Shown: positions 1-10,986 of the stretch, in pieces
Numbering within the stretch: position 1 is the first letter of the stretch
Layout of the letters: each line of letters begins with the position of its first letter
Assembly (NCBI GenBank): GCA_963793425.1
Contig: CAWCAG010000009.1
Coordinates: 800,001 to 864,000, forward strand
Length of the DNA: 64,000 nucleotides
From: an uncultured cyanobacterium
GTDB lineage: Bacteria > Cyanobacteriota > Cyanobacteriia > Cyanobacteriales > CAWCAG01
Reading direction: 5' to 3'
Made by a program: the position numbers and the translations under genes
The notes under the pieces: generated by a model
Told to the model about the DNA's origin: nothing
What the model saw: the letters and a program-made list of their open reading frames with translations, nothing else
The model's database searches: none

Positions 1-194
1 TTGCTTACAGTTTATATTACTCAGATGGTTTCATAATTGCGATCGCAAAGAGATTACCTAATTTTATTGGCAAGCTTGGGTGTCAATAAGTGTCAATTTT
101 CAGAGAGTCAAATAAGCTGAAAGCTTTTGTAATATTAGCCTTCCAACTTGCTTTCCATCCCCCTGAAATTCGCCCCCATACTGAATTTGCTGTT

Positions 195-1583
195 TCATAG
201 TCCCAAAATCATTCGGGCGATATTAAAGTAAATTAGTACCCCCAAAACGTCTACTGCTGTAGTGATAAACGGTGCAGACATGAGGGCAGGATCTAATTTT
301 AAGGATCGGAACAGAAAAGGTAAGGCCGAGCCTGCCACAGAAGCGAGAATGGCGATCGCAACTAAACTTATGCCCACAGAAATAGCGACGGCGAGGTTTC
401 CTTGCAACCAATAAGCCCAGAAAGTGGCTACAGTTCCTAGTATTGTCCCTAACAAGGTTCCTGCTAGGGCTTCTCGGAAGATAACTTGTCCTGGCCCCAA
501 ATCACTCATTTCATCGGTGTTTAAGCCCCTAATCACTACGGTAGAAGATTGTGCGCCGACGTTTCCTCCTGTACCAGTCAAGAGCGGAATGAAAGCTGCT
601 AAGGTAACAACTTGTTGCAAGATATCTTCTTGGGAACGAATAATGGTTCCTGTAACTGTATTGGTTAAAAGGAGAATAAACAACCAAACTACCCGCTTAC
701 GGGCAACGGTTACTAAGTTTGTTTGAAAATAGTTATCCCCATCGGCTTGAACCCCACCCAAAGCATAAATATCTTCTGTGGCTTCTTGTTCTAAGATATC
801 GATGACATCATCCACCGTCACCACCCCAACCAAACGTTCTTCTTTGTCTACAATAGGTAGAGCGAAAAGATCGTAGCGTTGAATTAACCGGGCGACTTCT
901 TCTTGATCCATACTGGTGGGGGCGCGGACAAGATCAGAGGTCATAATTTCCCCTAAACTATTTTCCGGGGAAGAGGTAACTAAATCTCGTAAAGAAACAA
1001 TCCCCAATAAATGCCGAGAAGCATCAGTAACGTAGAGATAGTAGATGATTTCTGAAGCATTAGCTAAGCGACGAATTCTCTGTAGGGCATCAGCAACAGT
1101 TAGTTTCTCCTTCAGGGAAATATACTCCGGGGTCATAATTCGCCCGGCGGTATCCTCTTCATAACCTAGAAGTAAAGCTGTAGCGACACGCTCTTTCTGA
1201 CTTAACTGATCCAAAAACTGCCCCACAACTTTAGCTGGCAATTCATCGAATAACCTGGCGCGATCATCGGGGGACATTTGATCAACAATTTCGATTACCT
1301 CCTGACGCTTAAACTCTTGAATCAAAGCCTGCTGTACAGAAGAATCAAGATATTCATAAACTGCGATCGCCTTTTCTTTAGAAATTAAACGAAAACCAAT
1401 AGCGTGCAGTTTTTCTGGTAATCCTTCAATAGCTTCAGCAATATCCACTGGTTGCACAGGAACCAAAAGAGTTTTTGCCCCAGCTAAATTTCCTTCTTCC
1501 AGCAATAATTGCAACTGGGTACGAACCAGTTGACGTAGTTCGCTATGGGAGACGTTGGAGGCGGAAGTTGTTTGTTCACTCAA
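195..1583 (-). CDS. mgtE: Magnesium transporter MgtE
   Basis: MgtE N domain, CBS pair (TAGRIMTPEY), TM motifs GGNVGAQS and PFITTAVD. Confidence 0.95.
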   Translation of the reverse strand: MSEQTTSASNVSHSELRQLVRTQLQLLLEEGNLAGAKTLLVPVQPVDIAEAIEGLPEKLHAIGFRLISKEKAIAVYEYLDSSVQQALIQEFKRQEVIEIVDQMSPDDRARLFDELPAKVVGQFLDQLSQKERVATALLLGYEEDTAGRIMTPEYISLKEKLTVADALQRIRRLANASEIIYYLYVTDASRHLLGIVSLRDLVTSSPENSLGEIMTSDLVRAPTSMDQEEVARLIQRYDLFALPIVDKEERLVGVVTVDDVIDILEQEATEDIYALGGVQADGDNYFQTNLVTVARKRVVWLFILLLTNTVTGTIIRSQEDILQQVVTLAAFIPLLTGTGGNVGAQSSTVVIRGLNTDEMSDLGPGQVIFREALAGTLLGTILGTVATFWAYWLQGNLAVAISVGISLVAIAILASVAGSALPFLFRSLKLDPALMSAPFITTAVDVLGVLIYFNIARMILGL

Positions 1584-1833
1584 GGTTAATCTTCTTTTAG
1601 CCAGGGACTAGGAAAGTTTTTTTGAATTTCTTGGTTTAGTTAATTTATCTAGATATCTAAATATATATTAAGAGCTGTTACCCCAGATTGCGTAAAGAAA
1701 AATTCAGAGGTAGAGCGTTGATACTCTACCCCTGCTTACTAATAGGAAGGAATAATCTCTCCTAACTCCCCATTTCTCTAGCTTCCTAGCCCCAAAAATA
1801 GCTAAATATGGGCTTCTCCTTGTGGCAAAGCGA

Positions 1834-2823
1834 CTAGCGCTTACGCCTACCACGTCCCCTCTGGCGAGGGCGATGGGAGATTTCGTACTCTAAGATTGCG
1901 CCAATACTGAAAAAGATCCCGCTAAAAACAAAAAACACCTCTAGTAAAGCACCACTTTGATACTCTGTTGGCAGGGTGGCAGCATATTTAAACCACATAT
2001 CAGCAATATATAAAGCAAAGGTAGCTGCACCAATCATCCGCCAAGACCAAGAATAGGCTCCTCCCCAGTAAGCTAGCAATAAAGTCGTAGCAATAATCAC
2101 TAAAGCTAAGTCACCAATGATGTAAAAGAAGTTTATTGGGCGGGCTAAAGGACTTAGGGTATCTTCTAAGGACATAACCCATTGAGGGGCTTCGTGGGTA
2201 GCGAGCGCCTCTATTTCTTCCTCCAAAGCTTGGGAGGGGGAACTCACAGCCTCTGTTTGTGCTGTAACTGGCTGATTGTTAGCGATCGCTTCTAACTCCT
2301 CTAAAGGGGGAGGGGAAATAGCAATCCAAACAGCTAAGGCTGTACCAATAACAGCAATGGAACCCAAAACAATCCATTGCCACTTCTCCAAATTCAAGCG
2401 CCTGGGTATGATAGCTAAAATCATTCCCCAGCTTAGCAGGAGATAAAAGGCAACATAAAACAAATCTGCTGGGGAAACATCAGGATCTAGTTCCCAATAC
2501 AATTCCCACCAGCCGAAAATCAGGTTAGCAGTAAAATAACTTAGGGTCCCTAAACCAATTCCTAGCCAGACATTACGGCCACTAGCAATTTTAGGGCTGT
2601 TAGCGTTACGAAAACACAAAAGCGCTGCCCCTAAAAAAGGCAGACACTCAAGGATATAGGTATCTATTAAATAGATAGTAGGACTATCTTGTTCTGAGGG
2701 AATCAGGGCAAATAAGATGAAGGAAATCAGCGCTAATACTGACCAAGTAATACCCGCATAGATAATGTTTTGACTAGTCAAAAGCTTATTAGACCCTGAT
2801 GAAGTATCTAAAGAGCTGCTCAT
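1834..2823 (-). CDS. Multi-pass membrane protein of unknown function
   Basis: Long ORF with many hydrophobic segments; ATG at 2823 chosen as start. Confidence 0.75.
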   Translation of the reverse strand: MSSSLDTSSGSNKLLTSQNIIYAGITWSVLALISFILFALIPSEQDSPTIYLIDTYILECLPFLGAALLCFRNANSPKIASGRNVWLGIGLGTLSYFTANLIFGWWELYWELDPDVSPADLFYVAFYLLLSWGMILAIIPRRLNLEKWQWIVLGSIAVIGTALAVWIAISPPPLEELEAIANNQPVTAQTEAVSSPSQALEEEIEALATHEAPQWVMSLEDTLSPLARPINFFYIIGDLALVIIATTLLLAYWGGAYSWSWRMIGAATFALYIADMWFKYAATLPTEYQSGALLEVFFVFSGIFFSIGAILEYEISHRPRQRGRGRRKR

Positions 2824-2982
2824 AAGATTTTCTTGGATTCTTAACAAGTTGCTGTTAGTAGTCTATCTTAGTCGCTGACGGCTAGTGATAATAGCCAAGC
2901 TGGGTTTAAGGATTGCTGGCATAATGTTTATAACCTGCCCCCACGAGAAATCTAGAAAGAAATAAATCCATAGCCCGATCAG

Positions 2983-4356
2983 CTAATTGCTTATTACCAA
3001 ACATTCTTGTGCCAACTCTTTCACTTGTTCGTAATTAACTTTTCCTTGAGCATTGCGGGGTAAAATAGCTGTTGCTAACCAATATTTAGGTTGCTTAAAC
3101 TTACTCAATTGATTGGCGATCGCGCCTTTTAATTCATTGATAGCCGTTTCGGATTGTCGGGGAACATAAACTGCTGTTACCGCTTGTCCCCAATAACTAT
3201 CAGCTAAACCAATGACGCAAACATCTTCAACTAACCTCGTAGCATAAATAGCTGCTTCTACTTCATTGGGGTAAACCTTCTCGCCCCCAGTAATAATCTT
3301 TTTGCTACAACGTCCGACGATATGTAAATAGCCTTGCTGATCAAAATAACCTAAATCATCTGGTTGGAAAATATCTGTTTGAGAGAAGGGCTGGGGATAG
3401 TAACCTAAACAAACAGATTCAGCTTGGATAGTGATAATCCCTATTTCCCCTACCTGACATTCTTGACCTTCACGATCAAAGATTTTTACTTTAGTATGGG
3501 GTAAAATTTGACCACAGCTATTATTCCCTGCTAAAAAGTCTTCTGGCTTTAAGGTGACAATTTGAGAAGCTGTCTCTGTCATACCGTAGGTAAGTGCCAA
3601 AGAAATGTTATTTAACCTGGCTTTGGCTAACAATTCCTGCCAAGGAGGTGCGCCCCCCAAAAGCACTGTTTGGAACTGAGATAGCCAAGTTGCGGCGTAG
3701 GAAGTGAGGAGATATTGCAGTTGAGTGGGTACTAAGGAGATGTAAAACTCTTTGGGGTCTATGTTGCCCCTAACTCCTGCTTTTAAAGCTTTGTAAGGTA
3801 AAACTAACAAACGCCCTCCTGTTAAAAAGGAGCGCAAAAACTGCATCAAACCACTAACATGATACAAGGGCAAAACGCAACAAGAATTAATCGCTTTAGC
3901 GCCAAAATAGCTTTGAAAACCCTTGACAGATGCACTCAAAGTCTCCCAAGTATGTATAGTAAAACGAATTTTGCCCGAAGATCCTCCGGTAGGAATCATA
4001 ATTTTGCCGGAAAAGAACTGTTCTTTTCTATTTTGAAGGGGATTAGTGGGCGGGAGATGCAAATTTTCTCCCCAGACTAGATCCGGTTGCACTAAATCTA
4101 AAACCTGTTGCCATTCTTTAGCTATCCAGCGGGGATTACAGAGAAACAGAGGACATTTAGCCATGACTCCAGCTAAGAAACCAGCTACAAATTTGAGAGG
4201 ATCACTTTGGGCTAAAAAAATAGTTGGAGTTTTGCCATTTTGAGATAGCTGAGTTAGTTGCTGCAATGATTCTTGAATCAGGAAGTTAAGTTGGTTGGTG
4301 TCGTAACCAATTAACCAATTTTCTTGGCTACGTTCGTATAGAGAAGTTATGCTCAT
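2983..4356 (-). CDS. menE: O-succinylbenzoate-CoA ligase
   Basis: AMP-binding motifs PTGGSSG and YGMTET; adjacent to menC. Confidence 0.9.
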   Translation of the reverse strand: MSITSLYERSQENWLIGYDTNQLNFLIQESLQQLTQLSQNGKTPTIFLAQSDPLKFVAGFLAGVMAKCPLFLCNPRWIAKEWQQVLDLVQPDLVWGENLHLPPTNPLQNRKEQFFSGKIMIPTGGSSGKIRFTIHTWETLSASVKGFQSYFGAKAINSCCVLPLYHVSGLMQFLRSFLTGGRLLVLPYKALKAGVRGNIDPKEFYISLVPTQLQYLLTSYAATWLSQFQTVLLGGAPPWQELLAKARLNNISLALTYGMTETASQIVTLKPEDFLAGNNSCGQILPHTKVKIFDREGQECQVGEIGIITIQAESVCLGYYPQPFSQTDIFQPDDLGYFDQQGYLHIVGRCSKKIITGGEKVYPNEVEAAIYATRLVEDVCVIGLADSYWGQAVTAVYVPRQSETAINELKGAIANQLSKFKQPKYWLATAILPRNAQGKVNYEQVKELAQECLVISN

Positions 4357-4360
4357 CAAG

Positions 4361-4382
4361 TATCAGTTATCAGTTATCAGTT
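4361..4382. repeat. Short tandem heptamer repeat (TATCAGT)n
   Basis: tatcagttatcagttatcagtt between menE and menC. Confidence 0.7.
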
Positions 4383-4453
4383 GTAGAGGCGACCAGTTTT
4401 TACAGTATTGCTCAAGAAGCCAGGATCTATATTGAGTCGCCTATCAATATTTA

Positions 4454-5380
4454 TCAATCATTTTCCATAAACCACCTATCAACACCGAAACCAACGGCAC
4501 GATGGGGGGAAGAGAGTTCTGTTGCTAACCGGAGTGCTGCTTTTCTCGCTACTTTTGTTGCCAAAACTGAGGAGAAAACTGCATCAATTTGGTGTTGCTG
4601 ACAAAACTTTCTTAATCTTTGAGGAGATCCGGCGATCGCAGCTTTAATGACAAAGATGCTTCGCCATCCTTGGCGATAACAATCTTCTAGTTGCTTGAGG
4701 GTTGCTACCGACTCATCTAAAGCTAGAGGGGTAGCATATTGCTCACTCAAAACCAACATTGCCATAAACTGGGAAGGGGCAAGGGGTTGTTCAATATATT
4801 CCACAATACCGGATGTACTGTCTGCGGCTTTTAACCACTCTTGAGCCTGTTTTAGATTTAACCCCCCGTTGGCATCAAGGCGTAGTTTAGCTGCTGATGG
4901 CAAATTCTTGATAAGTTGTTCGAAGATGGTCAGTTCTTGGGGAACAGGGGCAAGACCAATCTTCCATTTAAAGGTTAGTTCTCTACTTCTTGAGTATAAC
5001 TTCAAACTGGTTAAAGCGTCTTCTCCAGCAGGCAATAAATAGCTATAATTTAAAGATTTTTTTAGTTCAAGTTGATGGGGAGAAGTTTCTAACTCTTCTA
5101 AGGCTGATTCAAAAGCAAACTGGCAAGCAGGTAATTGATTAGGAATTGCCAAAATTGCTGTTTTGGTTATTTGAGATGACAATTCACGACAAAATGCTTC
5201 AGCAGCAGCTAAAGTTTCCGAACCAAACCAAGGCAAAGGGGCAATTTCTCCCCAACCTTTATTCCCATCACCATCAGTTAGGCAAATAATAATACCTTCC
5301 CGTATCTCCCAAACACCATGACTAGTTTTTAACGGTTGGTTAAAGCGGCGTTGATAAGGAGTGAAGGTGAGTTTGTACAT
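4454..5380 (-). CDS. menC: o-succinylbenzoate synthase
   Basis: Enolase superfamily motifs KWK, RLDANG, EYIEQP, ALDES. Confidence 0.92.
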   Translation of the reverse strand: MYKLTFTPYQRRFNQPLKTSHGVWEIREGIIICLTDGDGNKGWGEIAPLPWFGSETLAAAEAFCRELSSQITKTAILAIPNQLPACQFAFESALEELETSPHQLELKKSLNYSYLLPAGEDALTSLKLYSRSRELTFKWKIGLAPVPQELTIFEQLIKNLPSAAKLRLDANGGLNLKQAQEWLKAADSTSGIVEYIEQPLAPSQFMAMLVLSEQYATPLALDESVATLKQLEDCYRQGWRSIFVIKAAIAGSPQRLRKFCQQHQIDAVFSSVLATKVARKAALRLATELSSPHRAVGFGVDRWFMEND

Positions 5381-5433
5381 ATTGCTAATTGCTAATTGCT
5401 AGTTGTTAAATCTCCCCAGCTCCCCATCTCCCC

Positions 5434-6426
5434 TCACTTCTTCTTCAAAAACTCTTCAACCTCAGCCGCCGTAGGTTGGGAGGCAATCGCGCCAGATTTC
5501 GTAGTTGTTAAAGCTCCCACAGCACAAGCATAGGTGACAATTTCTTTTGCTACCTGGGCATCTTTTAAGCTAGCAATACCTCTCGTTGCTAGTTGGTGAA
5601 TTAAACCCGCCACAAAACTATCCCCAGCCCCAGTAGTTTCTTCCACCTCTACAGAAAAAGAAGTTAATTTCCCTTCATTTTCCCCAAGACAGTAACTAAT
5701 ATCTCCATCTCCTGCGGTTACCAAAACCCCTTCTACTGTATCAAGACGATACTTGATCGCCCCCGCATCAGTAGTATTAAATAACCATTCTGCTTCTTCG
5801 TCAGATAATTTTAGAAAGTCTATATAGGGCCATAACTTCTTAATCCAGCTTAGGGCTTCTTCGGTGTCATCCCAAAACATCGGCCGCCAGTTAACATCTA
5901 AAACTACTTTTAAGCTGTATTGTTCCGCTAATTCCAAGGCACGGAAAATTGCTGAACGAGTTTGAGGATAAGCTAATTCTAAAGTACCAATCACCAAAAA
6001 CTCTGCTGTAGCGAAGAGGTTGGTTGGTAACTTTTTAAGATCGAGAAAAGCATCAGCAAACTCGTCGGCTTGCTTATCTCCGAAGCCAGCAAACTCGCGA
6101 TCGCCTGTTTCTGTACGCAAGACAAAAATTTGCCGAGTAGGAGCATTAGGATGATCTTGAACCCCAGAAATATCAACCCCCACCTCCTGGCACAATTGCC
6201 TTAACTCTTTTCCTGGTTCATCTTCCCCCACGCAACCAATAAAACCGGCACTAGTCCCTAATTTGACCAAAGCACAAGCAACATTAGCAGGCGCACCTCC
6301 TGGGTAAGGAGTCCAAGATGCCACTTCTTCTAACTTCTTGCCTCGCTCATTAGCCAGACAATCAAAGAGAATTTCCCCTAAACAAAGAACAGATGAATTA
6401 CTCACTATTATGCTAGCCCCTACCAC
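5434..6426 (-). CDS. PfkB-family carbohydrate kinase (fructokinase-like)
   Basis: GGAPANVA and ETTGAGDSF motifs. Confidence 0.92.
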   Translation of the reverse strand: MVGASIIVSNSSVLCLGEILFDCLANERGKKLEEVASWTPYPGGAPANVACALVKLGTSAGFIGCVGEDEPGKELRQLCQEVGVDISGVQDHPNAPTRQIFVLRTETGDREFAGFGDKQADEFADAFLDLKKLPTNLFATAEFLVIGTLELAYPQTRSAIFRALELAEQYSLKVVLDVNWRPMFWDDTEEALSWIKKLWPYIDFLKLSDEEAEWLFNTTDAGAIKYRLDTVEGVLVTAGDGDISYCLGENEGKLTSFSVEVEETTGAGDSFVAGLIHQLATRGIASLKDAQVAKEIVTYACAVGALTTTKSGAIASQPTAAEVEEFLKKK

Positions 6427-6606
6427 ATTTAATATTTAATATTTAACATTTAACCTTGAGCGATCAGCAATCAGTAACATAAAATACATAAAAGGTTAGT
6501 TTCTCTTTTACTTTTTCCTTAAGTACTGCAAAGTATTATCTTCAAAGCGACCTATATCTTCTAGAATTGAAACGACTGTAAGTAAATATACTAAACGTAA
6601 AAAGCT

Positions 6607-6900
6607 ATGGCTGGCTGTGAATCTCATCCAACTTCGGTACTTTCTGAGCGAGAACTCCAAATAATCGAACTAGTAGCTTCTGGGTTGACTAACTTTGAAG
6701 TTTCCCAAAAGCTAGAAATTAGCAAAAGAACTGTTGATAATCATATCAGCAATATTCTGAACAAAACTGCTACAGGCAACCGTGTTGCTATGGTTCGTTG
6801 GGCTTTATTATCAGGAAAAGTTTGCTTAGATAACTGGAATTGCTGCTATCTACCTAGCAATGAAGCTACATCTCCTAAATTGGCTTCGGAAACAGTTTAG
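6607..6900 (+). CDS. pedR: Small LuxR-type regulator, PedR-like
   Basis: Stand-alone LuxR HTH (LSERELQII...TVDNHISNIL) with C-terminal Cys cluster VCLDNWNCC. Confidence 0.8.
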   Translation: MAGCESHPTSVLSERELQIIELVASGLTNFEVSQKLEISKRTVDNHISNILNKTATGNRVAMVRWALLSGKVCLDNWNCCYLPSNEATSPKLASETV

Positions 6901-6931
6901 GGCAGTCTACATAAAGACGAATTTAATTTCA

Positions 6932-7561
6932 ATGTCTCTCAGCTTAAGAAAATTTGGCTTGTTGTTAATGAGCAAACTAAAAAGTAAACTTCCTCATCGA
7001 CAACAACTCAGTTTTTATGTTGTCATGACATTTTTGTTAATTAGTCTTAGTAGTTGTGGCGATCGCGGTTTTGTTACCCCGCCAGCTAAGAATTTAGGTT
7101 CTAGTCTGAATAGCAAAGCCGCAGAACAATATCCTCATTTTTCCTATGATGGCCGCTATCTTGTTTTTGCCTCAGATCGTCGCCAGCAAAGAAGTATTTT
7201 CTTTTATGAATTATTATCTCGTCGGTTATTAGAATTACCAGGACTAAACCAACCAGGTAGCATACAAGATCAACCAGATATCAGTGCCGATGGCCGCTAC
7301 ATCGTCTATGTTTCCGAACAGCTTGGCAAACCTGATATTTTTGTTTATGACCGCAAGACAGGAAAAGCAGAGGCAATTACGAAAGATATTTTAGGAGAGG
7401 TACGCCATCCTTCCTTAAGTGGTAATGGGCGTTTTATCACTTTTGAAATTAATCGATCTGGTCAGTGGGATTTAGAAATTTATGACCGTGGTTCTGGTAT
7501 TGAACTTTCTATTCCCCAAGCCGCAGGGAATATATCTCCTTCTCCAGAGCAAGAAGAGTAG
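6932..7561 (+). CDS. TolB-like (PD40 repeat) lipoprotein
   Basis: Lipobox LSSC and repeats P-x-x-S-x-DGRY; start uncertain. Confidence 0.8.
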   Translation: MSLSLRKFGLLLMSKLKSKLPHRQQLSFYVVMTFLLISLSSCGDRGFVTPPAKNLGSSLNSKAAEQYPHFSYDGRYLVFASDRRQQRSIFFYELLSRRLLELPGLNQPGSIQDQPDISADGRYIVYVSEQLGKPDIFVYDRKTGKAEAITKDILGEVRHPSLSGNGRFITFEINRSGQWDLEIYDRGSGIELSIPQAAGNISPSPEQEE

Positions 7562-7973
7562 GCCATAAGTAATAGGTAATAATGACAGGCATTTTTAAAT
7601 AGCACTCAGATTAAATATATTAATCTATATAAATTGCTTTAATCAAAGTATTTTATCAATACCTCCTAAGACAAAAATATCTTACTTAAAAGCGGCCTAC
7701 TCATTCAAGCAAATTTATTTTTTATATGTTAAACAATTTCTTTTTATTAACTATCAATAGTCAATAAAAAGCTACTTATCCTCAAAAATACACAAATAGA
7801 AGGCTTTAAAGCAGGCTTTTAAAGAAAAGTTTCTGAACTTTACATAAATTAATTAATTAAAAGTTTGATAAAGATAATTTTTATTGCTTAAAGGAAATGT
7901 ATTCTGTTGGTTGCTGAACAGAATATGTTCGGTTCAACATCTCTCCATTGAGAAACTAACCAATAGAATTATT

Positions 7974-8570
7974 ATGAAAACTAGTCATTTACTAGCTAGC
8001 TCATCCTTAACCTTGCTTGGTTGTTCTTGCTTAATTGTATCACCAGCTACTGCACAAATCCTTGATTTAGATGTAATCAGCGCGGATATCACCACAGAAG
8101 AAACTAATTTTGAGTTCAATACCTTAGATATTCCCGCTGCTGGGGAATTAGATCCTACAAATTTGTTTCGTTTTGATTGGGACATTCAAGCCCAAAACAC
8201 TTTTGATTTTAAAGTACTTGCTGGGTTTCTTTCCTTTGATTTATTTGAAATAGATGGAGATGAAGATGGAGAAGACGATTTTTTAGGGAATTTTGTTTTT
8301 GGTCCTCCTTCTGAAGATATTATTTTAGCGCCAGGACAAATAGGTCGCGCTCCTTGTGTTTTTCCTGATACTTGTTCCCGACGTTTCAATATTGCCGGAA
8401 GCCAAATCAACCCTGCTATTGATGCCTCTGAAAATGGACAGCTTGAATTTGCTTTGAGAAATGTACGAGTCACAGCTTCAAGGGTTCCTGAACCCGGAAC
8501 AACTGCTGCAACTATACTTGCTCTTGTTTCAGGAAGCTTACTTCATAAGAAACGTAAGGGAGCAAAATAA
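7974..8570 (+). CDS. PEP-CTERM sorting-domain protein
   Basis: Signal peptide ending ATA-Q; C-terminal VPEP, hydrophobic segment and basic tail KKRK. Confidence 0.85.
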   Translation: MKTSHLLASSSLTLLGCSCLIVSPATAQILDLDVISADITTEETNFEFNTLDIPAAGELDPTNLFRFDWDIQAQNTFDFKVLAGFLSFDLFEIDGDEDGEDDFLGNFVFGPPSEDIILAPGQIGRAPCVFPDTCSRRFNIAGSQINPAIDASENGQLEFALRNVRVTASRVPEPGTTAATILALVSGSLLHKKRKGAK

Positions 8571-8637
8571 TACTAATGATCAATTGTCCGTTAATATAAA
8601 GCTACAGGGTTATTTTTCACTGCATAAATGAGTAGAG

Positions 8638-8666
8638 GCTACCTCACTTTAGAAAAGGAGGTAGCT
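8638..8666. terminator. Hairpin between convergent genes (putative terminator)
   Basis: gctacctc...gaggtagc inverted repeat followed by a T tract. Confidence 0.55.
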
Positions 8667-8680
8667 TTTGTTCTAAACAA

Positions 8681-9349
8681 CTAACCATTAGCGATTAGCA
8701 ATTGCCAAGCTTGTTTGGCTTCTTGTAGAAACAAGAGTATTTCTTCTGCTTCAAAACGTCTTTCTTGATGATAATAAAGAAAGTAATTATCTTTCACCTC
8801 ACTACAAATGTTCTGGGTAGAAGATTGATTTGAATATAAAGCTTGCACCTCTGTACTGAAAAGGCAGCAAATATTTTCTGCATCTTCTCCTGTTAAGCGA
8901 TAAGACTCCACAAAATTGCGATCGCCGCTAATCTCAACACTTTTGCTGCGGAATTTATCCATCAAGAGACGAAACACTTTACTATCTGGTTGTAGAGTGA
9001 AATTTGGCAAATTAAGAGTGACAAAATCAAAACAAATAATCGTTTGGTTAATCGTAGTTTTATTACAGTAAAAAGAATAATCAAAAATATAAAAACGGAC
9101 ATCTTCTAAATTGCCATAGATAATGTTCCTGATTTTAGGATAAACTTGTCTTGCCAAAAGTTGAAACTGATTAATATTAGGCAGAATTTTAGCTTTATTC
9201 TGACTATAAAAACGCCAACCCATTTTTTGCGCCAGGAGTTTTAAATTATTACTTCTCCTCAATTCTTTTAAATAAAGTAACTCAAGGGCTACTACTGTCA
9301 AACCAAGGACAATCAATAAAGCTATGCGCCGCCATTCCATAACCTGCAC
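8681..9349 (-). CDS. Hypothetical protein with N-terminal TM anchor
   Basis: 222-aa ORF with one N-terminal hydrophobic helix. Confidence 0.7.
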   Translation of the reverse strand: MQVMEWRRIALLIVLGLTVVALELLYLKELRRSNNLKLLAQKMGWRFYSQNKAKILPNINQFQLLARQVYPKIRNIIYGNLEDVRFYIFDYSFYCNKTTINQTIICFDFVTLNLPNFTLQPDSKVFRLLMDKFRSKSVEISGDRNFVESYRLTGEDAENICCLFSTEVQALYSNQSSTQNICSEVKDNYFLYYHQERRFEAEEILLFLQEAKQAWQLLIANG

Positions 9350-9405
9350 CCGAAATTAAAGGTAATCCTATTTTGCCAAATGGGATGATAATAAATCTCC
9401 TTTTC

Positions 9406-9535
9406 ATACCCAATCCGGTTATTAAACCCCCATTGTAGAATCCGATTAATAAAGTTTCTAACCCTTGCTGCCCACTCCCTACTCCCTACTCCCTCCCCCC
9501 ATAAATAATCTGTGCAACCAAGCCGGATTTAGTAT
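9406..9535. repeat. Small MITE-like element with imperfect 15-bp terminal inverted repeats
   Basis: atacccaatccggtt ... agccggatttagtat, with an internal (ACTCCCT)n repeat. Confidence 0.5.
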
Positions 9536-9558
9536 TATTGATTAATAGGTAACAGTCT

Positions 9559-10806
9559 TTGAAAAAGCTCAATAATCGGCAATTACACCTCATAATTATC
9601 GGCTTCCTGATTATTGGTAGTATTCTTCGTTTGCTGTGGGCTGCGGATATGGAGTGGAAATATGATGAAAAAACTATTTTTGCCTTAGCTCAACAAATTG
9701 CTGATGGTACTGTACCCTGGCCTGTATCAGGATTTCCTAGTTCTGTTATTGTTCGCATTCCTGGCCTGAGTGTCTGGTGTTTTGCTGTCATTGCTAAGTT
9801 TGTTGATAGTCCTGTTGCTATGGTACGTTGGGTGCAATGGCTTAATGTGGGTACTCTCTGGCTATTTTTTGGCTTCATAATTTGGCAAATTCCCAAAATT
9901 GAGAGACTTACTTGGCTGTGGGGATTAGCTATTGCTAGTGTCAATCCTTTTGCCATCCTCATGTCAAGAAGAATTTGGCAACCAGATATTCTTGCTCCTT
10001 TTTGTTTATTAATATTTTTAGGTCACTGGTTTCGTCGCCAATTCTGGGGTAGCTTTTTATGGGGGTTTGTCGGTATTTTGAGCGGGCAAGTGCAGATGGG
10101 AGGTTTCTTTTTAGTTATGGGACTTTTCCTTTCAACTGTTTGGTTTGAATATAAACAAAACACTCTCAAACAGACTGCTTGGCTAGGCTGGTTTTTAGGT
10201 ACGGCAATCGGCTTCATTCCCTTAATTCCTTGGCTCTGGGAAGTTTTACCCCAAATGGGAGGCTACAGACGTTCCTTAGTTGCTCTGTTTGTACCCAAAT
10301 TTTACAGTCAATGGCTAACATCAGCATTGGGAGTTAATTTAAGTTATACCCTCAAAGAATTTTTCTGGAGTGATTTTCTCAAGGAACCTTTAATTTTTGG
10401 CAGTCCTAGCTACTTAATGATTCCCGCCCATTTATTTTTATTAGGTATTGGTATTTATCCCTTTTACAGATGGTTTAAATCAAGAAAAAAACCGACTTTT
10501 CCACCAGAAGATTCTCACTTAAGTTTTTACCTTAAAGCCATGGGTTTGTTTGTCGGTATTGTTTTCACTTTATCAAGGGTAAATGTACACCCTTATTACA
10601 TAACCATTATTTTTCCCTTCACCTACATTTGGTTAGCCAGACTATACAAAAATAAGCTCAAAGTTTTAATCGCGATCGCTCTGGTGCAATTATTAATTAG
10701 TTGTAGTTTTTTGATGTTTGTACATCGCACAGGAGGAATGCCTTATTGTGGTGCTGGTTATGGGTTTTCCTATCGCTTTCAAGTGGAAAAAGGGAGTGGC
10801 ATGTGA
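9559..10806 (+). CDS. GT-C-type (ArnT/PMT-like) membrane glycosyltransferase
   Basis: Polytopic protein with a WxxDE loop after the first TM (WKYDE). Confidence 0.65.
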   Translation: MKKLNNRQLHLIIIGFLIIGSILRLLWAADMEWKYDEKTIFALAQQIADGTVPWPVSGFPSSVIVRIPGLSVWCFAVIAKFVDSPVAMVRWVQWLNVGTLWLFFGFIIWQIPKIERLTWLWGLAIASVNPFAILMSRRIWQPDILAPFCLLIFLGHWFRRQFWGSFLWGFVGILSGQVQMGGFFLVMGLFLSTVWFEYKQNTLKQTAWLGWFLGTAIGFIPLIPWLWEVLPQMGGYRRSLVALFVPKFYSQWLTSALGVNLSYTLKEFFWSDFLKEPLIFGSPSYLMIPAHLFLLGIGIYPFYRWFKSRKKPTFPPEDSHLSFYLKAMGLFVGIVFTLSRVNVHPYYITIIFPFTYIWLARLYKNKLKVLIAIALVQLLISCSFLMFVHRTGGMPYCGAGYGFSYRFQVEKGSGM

Positions 10807-10986
10807 AGAGAATTCGTGACACTCTTGACACCAAATCCGGTTATTAGAGTCCGGTTATAAAGTCTAGAATTGACTTCATTAGGAGATTCCCAAAATATTA
10901 GCTAGCACCCTGAAGCATTTACCGATTCCTTCCATTTACTTCCACACAACGTTAATATTTTTTCGACTACCGTTAAGATTAAATCT

